A stretch of DNA of 64,000 bases from Bacteroidia bacterium (GTDB taxonomy: Bacteria > Bacteroidota > Bacteroidia > Palsa-965). The stretch covers positions 29,941 to 93,940 of the forward strand of contig JBIOHC010000001.1 of assembly GCA_044448685.1 (NCBI GenBank). The letters run 5' to 3'. The stretch's first letter is position 1. Each line of letters starts with the position of its first letter. The notes beneath the pieces are model-generated. The model was not told the DNA's origin, did not search any database, and worked only from the letters and a program-made list of their open reading frames with translations. This document shows, in pieces, positions 27,401 to 36,380 of the stretch. The translations under genes were made by a program, and so were the position numbers.

Positions 27401-28156
27401 AGCCTGATAAGAGAGTATAACCGTATGATTGAAGAGCTTGCACGAAGTGCCGATCTGCTTGCACGTTCTGAACGGGAAAGTGCCTGGAGAGAAATGGCCA
27501 AACAGGTGGCCCATGAAATTAAGAATCCGCTGACGCCCATGAAGCTTAGCATTCAGCATATGCAAAGGCTCATTGATGACAAAAGTCCGGATCTGGAAAA
27601 GAAGGTCGGGCGATTGGCTCAGACTCTCATCGAGCAGATAGACACACTGTCTTCCATAGCCAGCGAATTTTCAAGCTTTGCAAAAATGCCAAAAGCTGTC
27701 AGTGAAGCCATTGATCTTAAACAGCTAATCCCTTCTTCTCTCGACCTGTTCAAGGAAACACCCGGGGTGGATATACATTTTGTCTGCGAAGATACCAGAC
27801 CGGATTTTAGGGTGTATGCCGACAAAGAACAATTGCTCCGTATGCTCAATAACCTCCTGAAAAATGCGGTGCAGGCTATACCCGAAGACAGGCACGGCGT
27901 CATCTCAGTAGAGCTGAGCTATGCGGAAGAAATGCAGGTTATAGCCATAAAAGATAACGGTACGGGTATACAGGAAGACCTGATGGATAAAATATTTGTG
28001 CCCAACTTTACGACCAAAAGCACGGGTATGGGCCTTGGCCTGGCAATGGTAAAAAGTATCGTGGAGACCTTCGGAGGACAGATACGTTTCGAAACGAAGA
28101 AGGACAAGGGAAGTATATTCTACATATATCTTCCTGAACTAAAAACAAAAGCTTAA
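24401..28156 (+). CDS. Large multi-TM sensor histidine kinase (~1250 aa) without receiver domain
   Basis: N-terminal extracytoplasmic region, then many TM helices, a HAMP-like linker, H-box HEIKNPLTPMK, and HATPase_c (…GTGIQEDLMDKIF…GMGLGLAMVKSIVE…). The true start may lie downstream of 24401. Confidence 0.85.
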   Translation: MFEARKIRIQNAGFLHVRKLFHNRLFLCSLSILFLVSGQLLHTMHRENPQTDARKLESVLHSKEKRINEELDLLRSKAGKLNYNQLFTQRPDYYNSFFKKDGLVLLIYENDTLKFWSDNSVAVENYMKEVCLDDHMAKLKNGWFEVVKKPLSSSRTAVGLIHIKNEYPYQNHYLNNDFQHDFKVSSHVKLQINENAALPSVRNTKGEYLFSMHPLTSPLQDDFPIPWFQVVLNGLGIVLLILFIRELMRGFRDKIGEGGGAVLFVTVLILLRLLSIVLHLPDAFYQSTLFGPKYYGDAGSFWLSSLGDLLLNTLLLFYITFYISRHWKVTLNKLSGKKAVLIVCSFLLFFSVFWLSWFTDNLFKGLIHNSEINFSVNELFSLNFYSLLGVLIVGLLLFSFFLLTDLVLSFVNSAGLPVPARLILFIGSALFFALLCHLTGVLDPVAFCWSFAVIVIVAAVKRQSAGSYSFSGSILLVMILSMYSVHTFLKYTGIKEKDNRKVYAEKLSAEQDPIAEHLYPEVEPQLLTDSVLLHDLLSPRTYEAFQKRLTQRYFGGYWEKYDIRITYFDSACNALIKPNRQSPDNITYFDELITKSGQETYTPNLYYLQNLSGKISYLARIPIYLNSRDAIPSHLILVFESKFISEEVGFPELLLDRDLGITQQIANYSYAKYRNGKLVNQYGKYHYPIISAAYDGYREPFSFLVADGYNHLIHRPDASTLILISKPDSGLVGDVTTFSYLFAFYSLQLLLLLFLKQLVFSGLSISALTFKARIQAILVFIVLISLALFGFGTVFYIRAQYEAKNTENITEKLQSVLAEVDTRFEVEELDRNYREYSSFILKKLSNIFFTDINLYDANGNLYVSSRPEVFDEGLVSKKMNPEAYYQMGLRKKSEFVHDENIGNLNYLSAYVPFKNRNGKEIAFLNLPYFAKQSELEKEISTFLVALINIYVLLFAMSIIVAVIISNYLTRPLKLIQDKMSKVKLGEANELIEWNQLDEIGSLIREYNRMIEELARSADLLARSERESAWREMAKQVAHEIKNPLTPMKLSIQHMQRLIDDKSPDLEKKVGRLAQTLIEQIDTLSSIASEFSSFAKMPKAVSEAIDLKQLIPSSLDLFKETPGVDIHFVCEDTRPDFRVYADKEQLLRMLNNLLKNAVQAIPEDRHGVISVELSYAEEMQVIAIKDNGTGIQEDLMDKIFVPNFTTKSTGMGLGLAMVKSIVETFGGQIRFETKKDKGSIFYIYLPELKTKA

Positions 28157-29124
28157 AGCCAGGCCTTGCTCAGGATATCCCGGGCATGATAGGTGATGAT
28201 GATATCAGCTCCGGCACGGGTAAAGGCATACATATTCTCCATCACGATTTTCTGTTCATCAATGAGTGAGGCAGCAGCAGCAGCCTTTACCATAGAATAT
28301 TCACCAGATACATTATAACAGGCAACAGGCAAATTGGTTTGGGCACGCAAACCGGCAATCACGTCCAGATAGGCAAGGGCCGGTTTCACCATCAGGATAT
28401 CAGCACCTTCCGCTTCGTCGAGTTCAGCTTCCCGCATTGCTTCCCGCCCGTTCCTGAAATCCATCTGGTATGATTTGCGGTCTCCCTCCTGAGGAGAGGA
28501 ATCAGCAGCTGAACGGAATGGACCGTAATAAGCAGATGCAAATTTGATGGCATAGGACATGAGGGCAGTGTTACTGAATCCGTTACTGTCGAGCAGGGTG
28601 CGTATTGCCCCAACCCGTCCATCCATCATATCCGAAGGAGCCACCATATCGGCACCGGCCATGGCATGACTCAGGGCCATCTGAGATAAGACTTTAAGAC
28701 TTTTATCATTATCCACATAATGATCGTGCAAGACCCCGCAATGCCCGTGTGTGGTATAGGCACAGACACAGATATCGGTGATTACATACAACTGACTGCC
28801 GAATTGTTTTTTAAGCTCCCGCACAGCTCGTGCCACAATAGTCCCTTCCTTAGCAGCAGAACTTCCGTCTTCGGTTTTTTCTTCTCCCACACCGAAGAGC
28901 AGGATTTTGTTGATGCCGAGTTTGAGTCCGATCTCAACATCCTTAACCAAACGGTCAATCGTGAAATGGCTGATACCGGGCATGGCATCAATGGGGTGAA
29001 CTGTATTTGTTCCGTCTATCACAAAATAAGGATAGATAAACATTTCCTTGCTGAGTCTTGTTTCTGCGGCCATTTCCCGGATGATGGGATTGGCTCTTAA
29101 TCGGCGGGGGCGTTCGGTAAGCAT
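28153..29124 (-). CDS. hemB: Porphobilinogen synthase (δ-aminolevulinate dehydratase)
   Basis: MLTERPRRLRANPIIREM… N-terminus. Active-site lysine regions. 323 aa. Its stop codon overlaps the stop of the convergent HK gene (tta/taa at 28153–28156). Confidence 0.95.
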   Translation of the reverse strand: MLTERPRRLRANPIIREMAAETRLSKEMFIYPYFVIDGTNTVHPIDAMPGISHFTIDRLVKDVEIGLKLGINKILLFGVGEEKTEDGSSAAKEGTIVARAVRELKKQFGSQLYVITDICVCAYTTHGHCGVLHDHYVDNDKSLKVLSQMALSHAMAGADMVAPSDMMDGRVGAIRTLLDSNGFSNTALMSYAIKFASAYYGPFRSAADSSPQEGDRKSYQMDFRNGREAMREAELDEAEGADILMVKPALAYLDVIAGLRAQTNLPVACYNVSGEYSMVKAAAAASLIDEQKIVMENMYAFTRAGADIIITYHARDILSKAWL

Positions 29125-29150
29125 GATTTTATGTATTAGTATGTTGAATA

Positions 29151-30731
29151 TTATAAACTGTAAACAGCCTGGGCAATTCCTATATCGTCAAAAGTTGCAG
29201 GCAAAGCAAACCGGTGTACTCCGAACTGTTTCAGTGCAGCACCTGTTGCACCACCCATGGCAACGATTTTTTGCCCGGTCTTTATTTTATTCTTCTCAAA
29301 AAAAGCCTCCACATTCGAAGGGCTTGTGAATATCAGGACATCGGCAGCCGGAACCTGTATATCATTGTATTTAATGGTTTCATAAACCGTCAGATCCACC
29401 ACCTTGCTGCTGTTTACAAACTGTTGTTGTATGCTGCGCATGCTTTCCTTGGCCACAGGGAAGAGCACTGTCCCATCGCCTACAGTAGCAGCAAACTGTT
29501 TGCCCGTCATGCGTGTGTCGGTTGAGTAGCCAATGAAGTCAGGCTTCATCCCGAAACGCCTCAGGGCTTCGGCTGTTGATTTGCCCACGCACCCGTATTT
29601 CACTTTGCCAACTTCCGGCTTCTGGCCAAAGAAATGCTTTACGGCATTTTTACTGGTGAAGAAAATCCAGTCGCACGTTGGCAGTAATTTGATGGGTACA
29701 GGGCGGATATCTATGAGGGCTTGTGAATGCAAAGCAATACCATTTGCCTCCAGTGATTTGGAAAGCAAATCAAGACGACCGGTACTGTTGCGTGTGATAT
29801 AGGCAGAACTCAAAGCGGTATTACGCAAACGTTCCAGGATACGATCGGCCATACCAACAGTATCCTTGCTTTCGTCATAGATCCATTTAGGAGCTTTGTC
29901 CCATGCCTTTGCAAAAGAAGTCCAGGAGCGGAACAAAGGGTTTCCGTCAATATCCGAATCTGCAATACAATAAACGCCTAAGGGAAGCTGACAGCCCCCG
30001 TCAAGCTGGTTAAGTACCCGGCGTTCCACTTCAATGGTTTCGGCAACATCCGGATGATTCAGAGCCTGGAGGGTTTTAAACAGTTCGGTATCATTTTCCC
30101 TGATCTGCAATGCAAGCACACCCTGAGCAGGAGCAGGGACGAATTCAATGGGATCCATTTTCTCTACATGAAATTCGTCGAGGTTGATGTTCAGACGTTC
30201 CACACCGGCAGCAGCAAGCAGTATGGCATCGTATTGCTTGTCCCGCAGTTTCTGTATACGGGTAGGGACATTGCCCCTCAATTCCTTTATTTCAATATCA
30301 TCACGAAAAACAAGCATCTGTGATTTGCGCCGGGCCGAAGAGGTTCCGAGTGCAGCGCCTTTTTTGAGGTTGAATTTATTTTTAAGATCAACAGACTCTT
30401 TCAAAATAAGCAACAGCTCAGCCGGATCTTCCCTGTGAGACACAGCCGCAATCTTCAACCCTGCAGGTGATGTGGTTGGAAGATCCTTGTGGGAATGCAC
30501 AGCGAGATCAATTGTTTTATTGAGCAGACATTCTTCCAGCTCTTTCGTGAAAAACCCTTTTCCTTCCAGCTTATCGAAGCTGAGGTGCTGTATGGCATCA
30601 CCCTGGGTCTTGATGATTTTAATTTCGGCGGTGATGCCGATCTTTTTCAGTTCAGCCTGTACAAAATGTGCCTGCCATAAAGCCAGATCACTTCCACGGG
30701 AGCCAATGGTGATTTGTTTACTCATATACAA
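29151..30731 (-). CDS. hemCD: Bifunctional hydroxymethylbilane synthase / uroporphyrinogen-III synthase fusion
   Basis: N-terminal HemC (ITIGSRGSDLALWQA…). C-terminal ~230-aa HemD-like half. 526 aa total. Confidence 0.9.
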   Translation of the reverse strand: MYMSKQITIGSRGSDLALWQAHFVQAELKKIGITAEIKIIKTQGDAIQHLSFDKLEGKGFFTKELEECLLNKTIDLAVHSHKDLPTTSPAGLKIAAVSHREDPAELLLILKESVDLKNKFNLKKGAALGTSSARRKSQMLVFRDDIEIKELRGNVPTRIQKLRDKQYDAILLAAAGVERLNINLDEFHVEKMDPIEFVPAPAQGVLALQIRENDTELFKTLQALNHPDVAETIEVERRVLNQLDGGCQLPLGVYCIADSDIDGNPLFRSWTSFAKAWDKAPKWIYDESKDTVGMADRILERLRNTALSSAYITRNSTGRLDLLSKSLEANGIALHSQALIDIRPVPIKLLPTCDWIFFTSKNAVKHFFGQKPEVGKVKYGCVGKSTAEALRRFGMKPDFIGYSTDTRMTGKQFAATVGDGTVLFPVAKESMRSIQQQFVNSSKVVDLTVYETIKYNDIQVPAADVLIFTSPSNVEAFFEKNKIKTGQKIVAMGGATGAALKQFGVHRFALPATFDDIGIAQAVYSL

Positions 30732-31770
30732 AGGGTTTTATGCGCCAGCAGGGGGCATCGTTTTTTTTAGCTTCAATCGGGTCTAAGTAATATTCTGTTG
30801 TTGGGCCATGACCGATGGCGATTAAAGGGACGCCGATCACCAAACCGCTCAGTAAGCTGATTCCGCTGAATAGTAAAAACTGGTGGGTGTCGAAAGAGTT
30901 GAAATGAGGGGCGGAGGCGAAGAGGGGGGAGGCGAGGAAGGCGCTTGCAACGGAAAGAGTGGCAACAGTTCCGCCTATACCGGAAAGGACAGGATGTTTT
31001 TCAAGCCGTGGGGTTATGCTGTAAATGTTTTTTATACAATAGGATCTTATGGGCAAATTGGCGTTATTATCAATGATCAGTTCTTTCGATTGCCCTTTGC
31101 CATTAATATCTGTAAACGATAAATATTCGGATTCGCATTTTATTTTCAATGTATCATCATGAACCCCTATGAAATATCCAGAGGCCTGTGAGGAATATTC
31201 CTGCAGGGTGTCATTCCTGAGTTGAATACTAATGTGCTCATCCAAATAGCTGGCAATTTTGATTGTTTTGGTCGAATCTTGTGGGTTAATAAGAAATAAA
31301 TTATTGGGTTGAGGATCGTGATATAATCTTGAAGTTCTAAGAGCAATACGCTTAAAGAAAAGTACTGAATCCGCATAGGTATTATCTCTTTTACGAACAA
31401 GTGCTTTAACTGCAAGCGTATCCGAAGTTAAGTGAACAATCCCATCGGATATTAATAAAGGAATAAGTCCGACACAATAAGTCTCATCGGGATTAAAACT
31501 ATGTCTGTATAGCAAAATAAATTTTTTCTTCCCTTTTATCTTCCATCTGGCTTGTGATAGCAAACATTTCCAACTCTTAAATGGAGCAGCAGTTATTTCC
31601 TCTTGAAATTTACCATCGTGATAAAATGTAATAATACGGGTTGCATTCTTGTCAATACTCGCCCAGCTCCCCACCAGCATTTTCTTAATCGAATCGCTGC
31701 TCTGTGCTTTCAACCTCAAAGCTGGAATCACAAAGAGAATCAAAAAGAAGAAGAGGAGTTTACGGAACAT
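30718..31770 (-). CDS. Hypothetical secreted/membrane-anchored protein embedded in the hem operon
   Basis: Signal peptide MFRKLLFFFLILFVIPALRLKAQ. C-terminal hydrophobic segments. Overlaps the hemCD start by 14 bp. No family recognised. Confidence 0.5.
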   Translation of the reverse strand: MFRKLLFFFLILFVIPALRLKAQSSDSIKKMLVGSWASIDKNATRIITFYHDGKFQEEITAAPFKSWKCLLSQARWKIKGKKKFILLYRHSFNPDETYCVGLIPLLISDGIVHLTSDTLAVKALVRKRDNTYADSVLFFKRIALRTSRLYHDPQPNNLFLINPQDSTKTIKIASYLDEHISIQLRNDTLQEYSSQASGYFIGVHDDTLKIKCESEYLSFTDINGKGQSKELIIDNNANLPIRSYCIKNIYSITPRLEKHPVLSGIGGTVATLSVASAFLASPLFASAPHFNSFDTHQFLLFSGISLLSGLVIGVPLIAIGHGPTTEYYLDPIEAKKNDAPCWRIKPFVYE

Positions 31771-31877
31771 GTACTTAAATCAGGATGCGAATATCACCAT
31801 AAAAACGCTTGCCGGATATGATAAATACAGAAATCATACCTGATCATAATCATCATGAAAAGGCGGTAAACCACCCC

Positions 31878-31919
31878 CTTCCGACTTACGTCGGAAGACC
31901 CCTCCTTTTCAAGGAGGGG
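31878..31919. promoter_or_regulatory. Two adjacent perfect hairpins between hemA and the next gene (candidate attenuator, processing or REP-like element)
   Basis: cttccgac-ttac-gtcggaag (31878–31897) and cccctcctt-ttc-aaggagggg (31899–31919). No trailing U-run on the transcribed strand. Confidence 0.35.
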
Positions 31920-31942
31920 AGCTGGAAATGTGTCAGGATAGC

Positions 31943-33178
31943 TCAGGCTTTAGGCTGTTCATCAATCAGGATCTCCTTGGCCATTTTCATGGGAACGCTG
32001 ATATATTTCTTCTCCATATAGGCGATTACTTTTTCAAGTACATCCTTGGAGCTTTGATCGAGGGTGGCAATATCCTTGGCAAACACGGTGTTCATAGCCG
32101 TTTCGCGTATCTCTTTCACTTTACGGGGCACTTCACTCATGGCCAGCTCCACCTTGCGTTCATGCAGGATGGAATTGAACTGTTCAATATTGCGGGCTAC
32201 AATATCATGACAGGCATCAAGTTCTTTTTCTCTTTCAAGCAAGTTTTCCTTAGCAACTTCCTGCAGGTTATTGACAGCAATGAGGTTGATATCGTAACTA
32301 TCCAGTATTTCAGGATCCAGATCATTCGGCACGGCAAGGTCTATCACAATCTTGCGGCTGGAATCTCCGGCGGTTAATTTTTCGTAAATATTTTTGGTAA
32401 TAACTGGCTCCGCAGCTCCTGTACAAGTAAGGATTACATCAAATCCCTTGCTGTAATTTCCAAGTTCAGCCAGGGGGTAGGCCGGGGCATTCAGCTCAGT
32501 AGCCAGGGTCTGGGCATTTACCAGGCTGCGGTTAAATACGGTAAAATTGGTGAAACCGTGCTTACGCAGATATTTGGCCATGCTGTTATTGGTAACACCG
32601 GCACCGATAATAAGGATGCGGGCATCAAGCATTACGTTCAAATCGCGCAGGCGGCGGTAGGCCAGGGAAACAACAGATACAGGTTTGTCAGCAATCTGGG
32701 TTTCTGTATAGACTTCCTTGGCTGTTTCAATGGCTTTTTTCACAATGAGACGGATCAGATCGCCTGTAATGCCGTATTTTGCACAACGTTCATACGAATT
32801 GCGTACCTGGGTGATGATTTCCCTTTCACCTACAACAAGGGAATCAAGGGAAGAAGCTACATGGAGGATATGGCGAAGTGCAGTATCACCCTCAAATACA
32901 GCAGCGTAGGAGGTTGCCCAGGCAATATCTGTGGTATTCCATTCGGGGTTAAAGGCGGTAAAAAAGTGGGTTAACCAGGTTTCATTGATTTCATCCCTGG
33001 TAACGAGCATGAATTCAACCCGGTTACAGGTGGTCACATACATGAGCTCTTCAATACCGGGAAGATTCCGTAAAACCTGAAGTCTTTCGGCTGCAACGCT
33101 CTCGTCCAGATGGAAACGCCCGATTTCCTTCAGGTCTATATTCTTATGAGTAAAAGCAATGAGTTTAATTCTGTTCAC
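31943..33178 (-). CDS. hemA: Glutamyl-tRNA reductase
   Basis: N-terminal domain with the VTTCNRVEFM catalytic-Cys motif. NADP-binding GAGxxG region. 411 aa. Confidence 0.95.
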   Translation of the reverse strand: MNRIKLIAFTHKNIDLKEIGRFHLDESVAAERLQVLRNLPGIEELMYVTTCNRVEFMLVTRDEINETWLTHFFTAFNPEWNTTDIAWATSYAAVFEGDTALRHILHVASSLDSLVVGEREIITQVRNSYERCAKYGITGDLIRLIVKKAIETAKEVYTETQIADKPVSVVSLAYRRLRDLNVMLDARILIIGAGVTNNSMAKYLRKHGFTNFTVFNRSLVNAQTLATELNAPAYPLAELGNYSKGFDVILTCTGAAEPVITKNIYEKLTAGDSSRKIVIDLAVPNDLDPEILDSYDINLIAVNNLQEVAKENLLEREKELDACHDIVARNIEQFNSILHERKVELAMSEVPRKVKEIRETAMNTVFAKDIATLDQSSKDVLEKVIAYMEKKYISVPMKMAKEILIDEQPKA

Positions 33179-33341
33179 AAGCAGCGCGGGTTTTCCTTTA
33201 CAAAAATGCAGATAAGCCGCTTGAAATGTGTCATGGAATTGTCATAAGGGCCTGATTTTCGTCACCCCGGCGGTTTTTCCTATTTTGATACATTGAAGGC
33301 AAATGCTAGATTTGTCTTTCTAAAAACTCAATCTCCCCATT

Positions 33342-36300
33342 TTGGCAGGATACGAACATACAGCAGAGACCCCGGAAGTAGAGGAGTTGGGCAAGGTTGA
33401 CCGGCTGAATGAAGAAGCCTGGTCTTTTAACCGGACTAATCCCGGCAAGGCGATAGAGCTGAGTGAAAATGCCCTGGCCTATGCCCGCCAGATCTCATAC
33501 AAAGCAGGCATGGCTATGGCCTGGAGAACTCTGGGAGCAAGCTATGTATGGGTATCCAGAAATGAAGAAGCGCTTACAGCATCCATGTCGGCACTTTCCC
33601 TCTTTAAAGAACTTGGTGATAAGCAGAATGAAGCCCAGATTTATTATAACATGGGCACGAATTTCTCCTACCTGGCCGATTATGACAATGCCTTGAAGAA
33701 TTACCAGTTATGCTATAATCTGAATGAGCGGCTGAATAATCTGGTCGGGATGGCTGACGGACTGAACGGACTTGGAACAATCTATTATTCCATCGGTGAA
33801 AATCAGAAAGCACTTGAGCTGCTTGAACGCAGCAGGAGAATATGTGAAAAGGAACAGGAGAAAGAGGTGTTGGTCAAGGTACTTGACGGATTGGGTGAAA
33901 CGTATTATAACCTGGGGATGTTTCCCCGTGCACTTGAAAATTATTTTCTGTGTCTGGATCTGATCCGGGAAACATCCTGGTCACCGCTTACAGAAGCCTT
34001 CGCACTGGAAGGGATAGGAAATACCTATACCCGTATGGGGTCGGGTGAAAAAGCCCTGGAATACTATAACAGAAGTCTGGAGATCAGGCAGGGTTTGGGA
34101 TTTAAAGGTGGGGTGGCCAGTGCGCTGACCAATATAGGCAAGTTGTTCTTTGCATCAGGAGAGGTTTCCGGGGCAGAGGATTATCTGAGACAGGCCCTGG
34201 AAATTTCTACAGGAATTAATTCCTTTGAAGGAATCTATAAATCAAGCGAAGTGCTTGCTTCTATGCTTGAAGGAGAAGGCCGCACTGCCGAAGCGCTGGC
34301 ATTATACAAAATCTATTACCAGGCCAAGGACGAGGTTAAAAACGAAAATGCTTTACGCCGGATCCGCAGCATAGAGCTTCAGCATAAAATGGAGCAGACG
34401 GAAAGTGAACGGGCTCTGCTGGCAGCCAAGAATCAGGAGCTGGAATCCTACTATCATGATGTAACGCTCCTGAGTGAAATAGGACAGAAAATTATCAGCA
34501 GCCTTTCTGTCGAAGTAATCCTGGATACGGTCTATGCCAATGTAAATACATTGATGGATGCAGCAGGTTTCGGCATAGGACTTTACAGGGAGAAAGAAAA
34601 CGAAATCCATTTTCCGGTTTATATAGAAGATGGCGTTAAACTGTTGGATACGCGCTTTAATGCATCGGATATGAACAGGCTGGGATCCTGGTGCTTCCAG
34701 AACAAGAAAGAAGTATTCATCAATGATATTCATAAGGAGATCACCAACTATGTCAGGATTATTTATAAACCTGTTGCCGGCCGAAGTGTTGATTCCCTTA
34801 TTTATCTTCCATTAACCGTTAAGGAAAAAACGCTCGGCGTTATCACTGTGCAGAGCTTTGGTAAGAATGCCTATACGAACTACCATCTTGATATTCTCCG
34901 GAATCTGGCAGTATATGCGGCCATAGCACTTGAAAATGCACAGATCTATGCAGGGATGGAAGAAACTGTTGAAGAACGTACCCGGGAAGTGGTAAGCCAG
35001 AAAGAGGAAATAGAACGCAGTTATGAAAATACGCGTCTGCTAAGCGAAATAGGGCAGGAACTCACCTCCACGCTTAATTTTGAAAAGCTTTTCAACCGCC
35101 TTCATGAAATTGTGAACCAGCTCATGGATGCCACCGTTTTCGGTGTCCGTATATATCACGGTGATCAGCATATGGTGGAATACAAGTTTGAAATTGAAAA
35201 AGGAGAACGCACCCCGTCAGCCATGGTGAGCATGGATGATATGGATAATTTTTCGGTTTGGTGCATCACCCACCGCAAAGAAATTTTTATCAATGACAAC
35301 CTGAGAGAATACAAAAAGTATACCCGGCAGATCAAGGTTGTTTCCGGTGAAATGCCCCATTCCCTTATATTTTTCCCGCTGATGATAGGCAACAGGGTAT
35401 TGGGTGTAATTACGGTTCAAAGCTTCCGGAAACATGCCTATATGCCCTATCATCTGGATATATTGAAAAGTCTGGCGAGCTATACAGCCATTGCATTGGA
35501 GAATGCAAGTCTGTATGAAAACCTGGAAGAGAAAATCAAAGCCAGGACTACCGAGGTGATGAGACAGAAAGAAATTATTGAGGAAAAGAACAAAAATATC
35601 ACCGACAGCATTAAGTATGCAAAAAAAATCCAGCAGGCTCTGCTGCCAAATGAAGCCGAAATCCTGCGTGCATTGCCTCAGAGTTTTATTTATTATAAAC
35701 CCAAGGATATTGTAAGCGGTGATTTCTACTGGTATACCCAGTTTGATGATTTTGCCATTTTTGCCGCAGCGGATTGTACCGGGCATGGAGTTCCGGGGGC
35801 TTTTATGTCAGCCATCTGCAACGATCTGATGAACCAGGTGATCCGTGATGAGCATGTAAGTGATCCTGCGCTTGCTTTGCAACAGCTGGATATCAAACTC
35901 AGAATGTTGCTGAAAAAGAGTAATGATCAGGGAGCGAATGACGGAATGGATATAGCCCTGTGTTCACTGAATATGAAGACAAAGGAATTGCGTTATGCAG
36001 GAGCACATCGCCCGCTCCTGATTCAGCGGGGAGATGAAATAATGGAGTTTAAGCCCGACAAGCTTTCAATAGGAGGATATAATGTTGAGCAGAAAAAATT
36101 TAATACCCACAGGCTTGCCTTGCAGCAGGGAGATATAATTTATCTGTTCACCGACGGATATACAGATCAGTTTGGAGGCCCGAAAGGAAAGAAATTCAAA
36201 TACAGACAGCTTAAGGAATTACTTCTCCGGATCAGAAACCTGCCTATGAAGGAACAGCGTGAGCAAATAGCCGAGGCCCTCAAGTCATGGAGGCAGATGC

Positions 36301-36344
36301 AGGAACAAGTGGATGATATTCTCGTATTGGGTGTCAGGGTTTGA
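33342..36344 (+). CDS. TPR–GAF–GAF–PP2C (SpoIIE/RsbU-type) serine phosphatase signalling protein
   Basis: N-terminal TPR repeats. Two GAF-like domains. C-terminal PP2C/SpoIIE domain (…SGDFYWY…AADCTGHGVPGAFMS…DGMDIAL…FTDGYTDQ…). Confidence 0.85.
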   Translation: MAGYEHTAETPEVEELGKVDRLNEEAWSFNRTNPGKAIELSENALAYARQISYKAGMAMAWRTLGASYVWVSRNEEALTASMSALSLFKELGDKQNEAQIYYNMGTNFSYLADYDNALKNYQLCYNLNERLNNLVGMADGLNGLGTIYYSIGENQKALELLERSRRICEKEQEKEVLVKVLDGLGETYYNLGMFPRALENYFLCLDLIRETSWSPLTEAFALEGIGNTYTRMGSGEKALEYYNRSLEIRQGLGFKGGVASALTNIGKLFFASGEVSGAEDYLRQALEISTGINSFEGIYKSSEVLASMLEGEGRTAEALALYKIYYQAKDEVKNENALRRIRSIELQHKMEQTESERALLAAKNQELESYYHDVTLLSEIGQKIISSLSVEVILDTVYANVNTLMDAAGFGIGLYREKENEIHFPVYIEDGVKLLDTRFNASDMNRLGSWCFQNKKEVFINDIHKEITNYVRIIYKPVAGRSVDSLIYLPLTVKEKTLGVITVQSFGKNAYTNYHLDILRNLAVYAAIALENAQIYAGMEETVEERTREVVSQKEEIERSYENTRLLSEIGQELTSTLNFEKLFNRLHEIVNQLMDATVFGVRIYHGDQHMVEYKFEIEKGERTPSAMVSMDDMDNFSVWCITHRKEIFINDNLREYKKYTRQIKVVSGEMPHSLIFFPLMIGNRVLGVITVQSFRKHAYMPYHLDILKSLASYTAIALENASLYENLEEKIKARTTEVMRQKEIIEEKNKNITDSIKYAKKIQQALLPNEAEILRALPQSFIYYKPKDIVSGDFYWYTQFDDFAIFAAADCTGHGVPGAFMSAICNDLMNQVIRDEHVSDPALALQQLDIKLRMLLKKSNDQGANDGMDIALCSLNMKTKELRYAGAHRPLLIQRGDEIMEFKPDKLSIGGYNVEQKKFNTHRLALQQGDIIYLFTDGYTDQFGGPKGKKFKYRQLKELLLRIRNLPMKEQREQIAEALKSWRQMQEQVDDILVLGVRV

Positions 36345-36380
36345 CTGCTTGAAATTTAATCCCACCTTTGTCCTTCAGGG

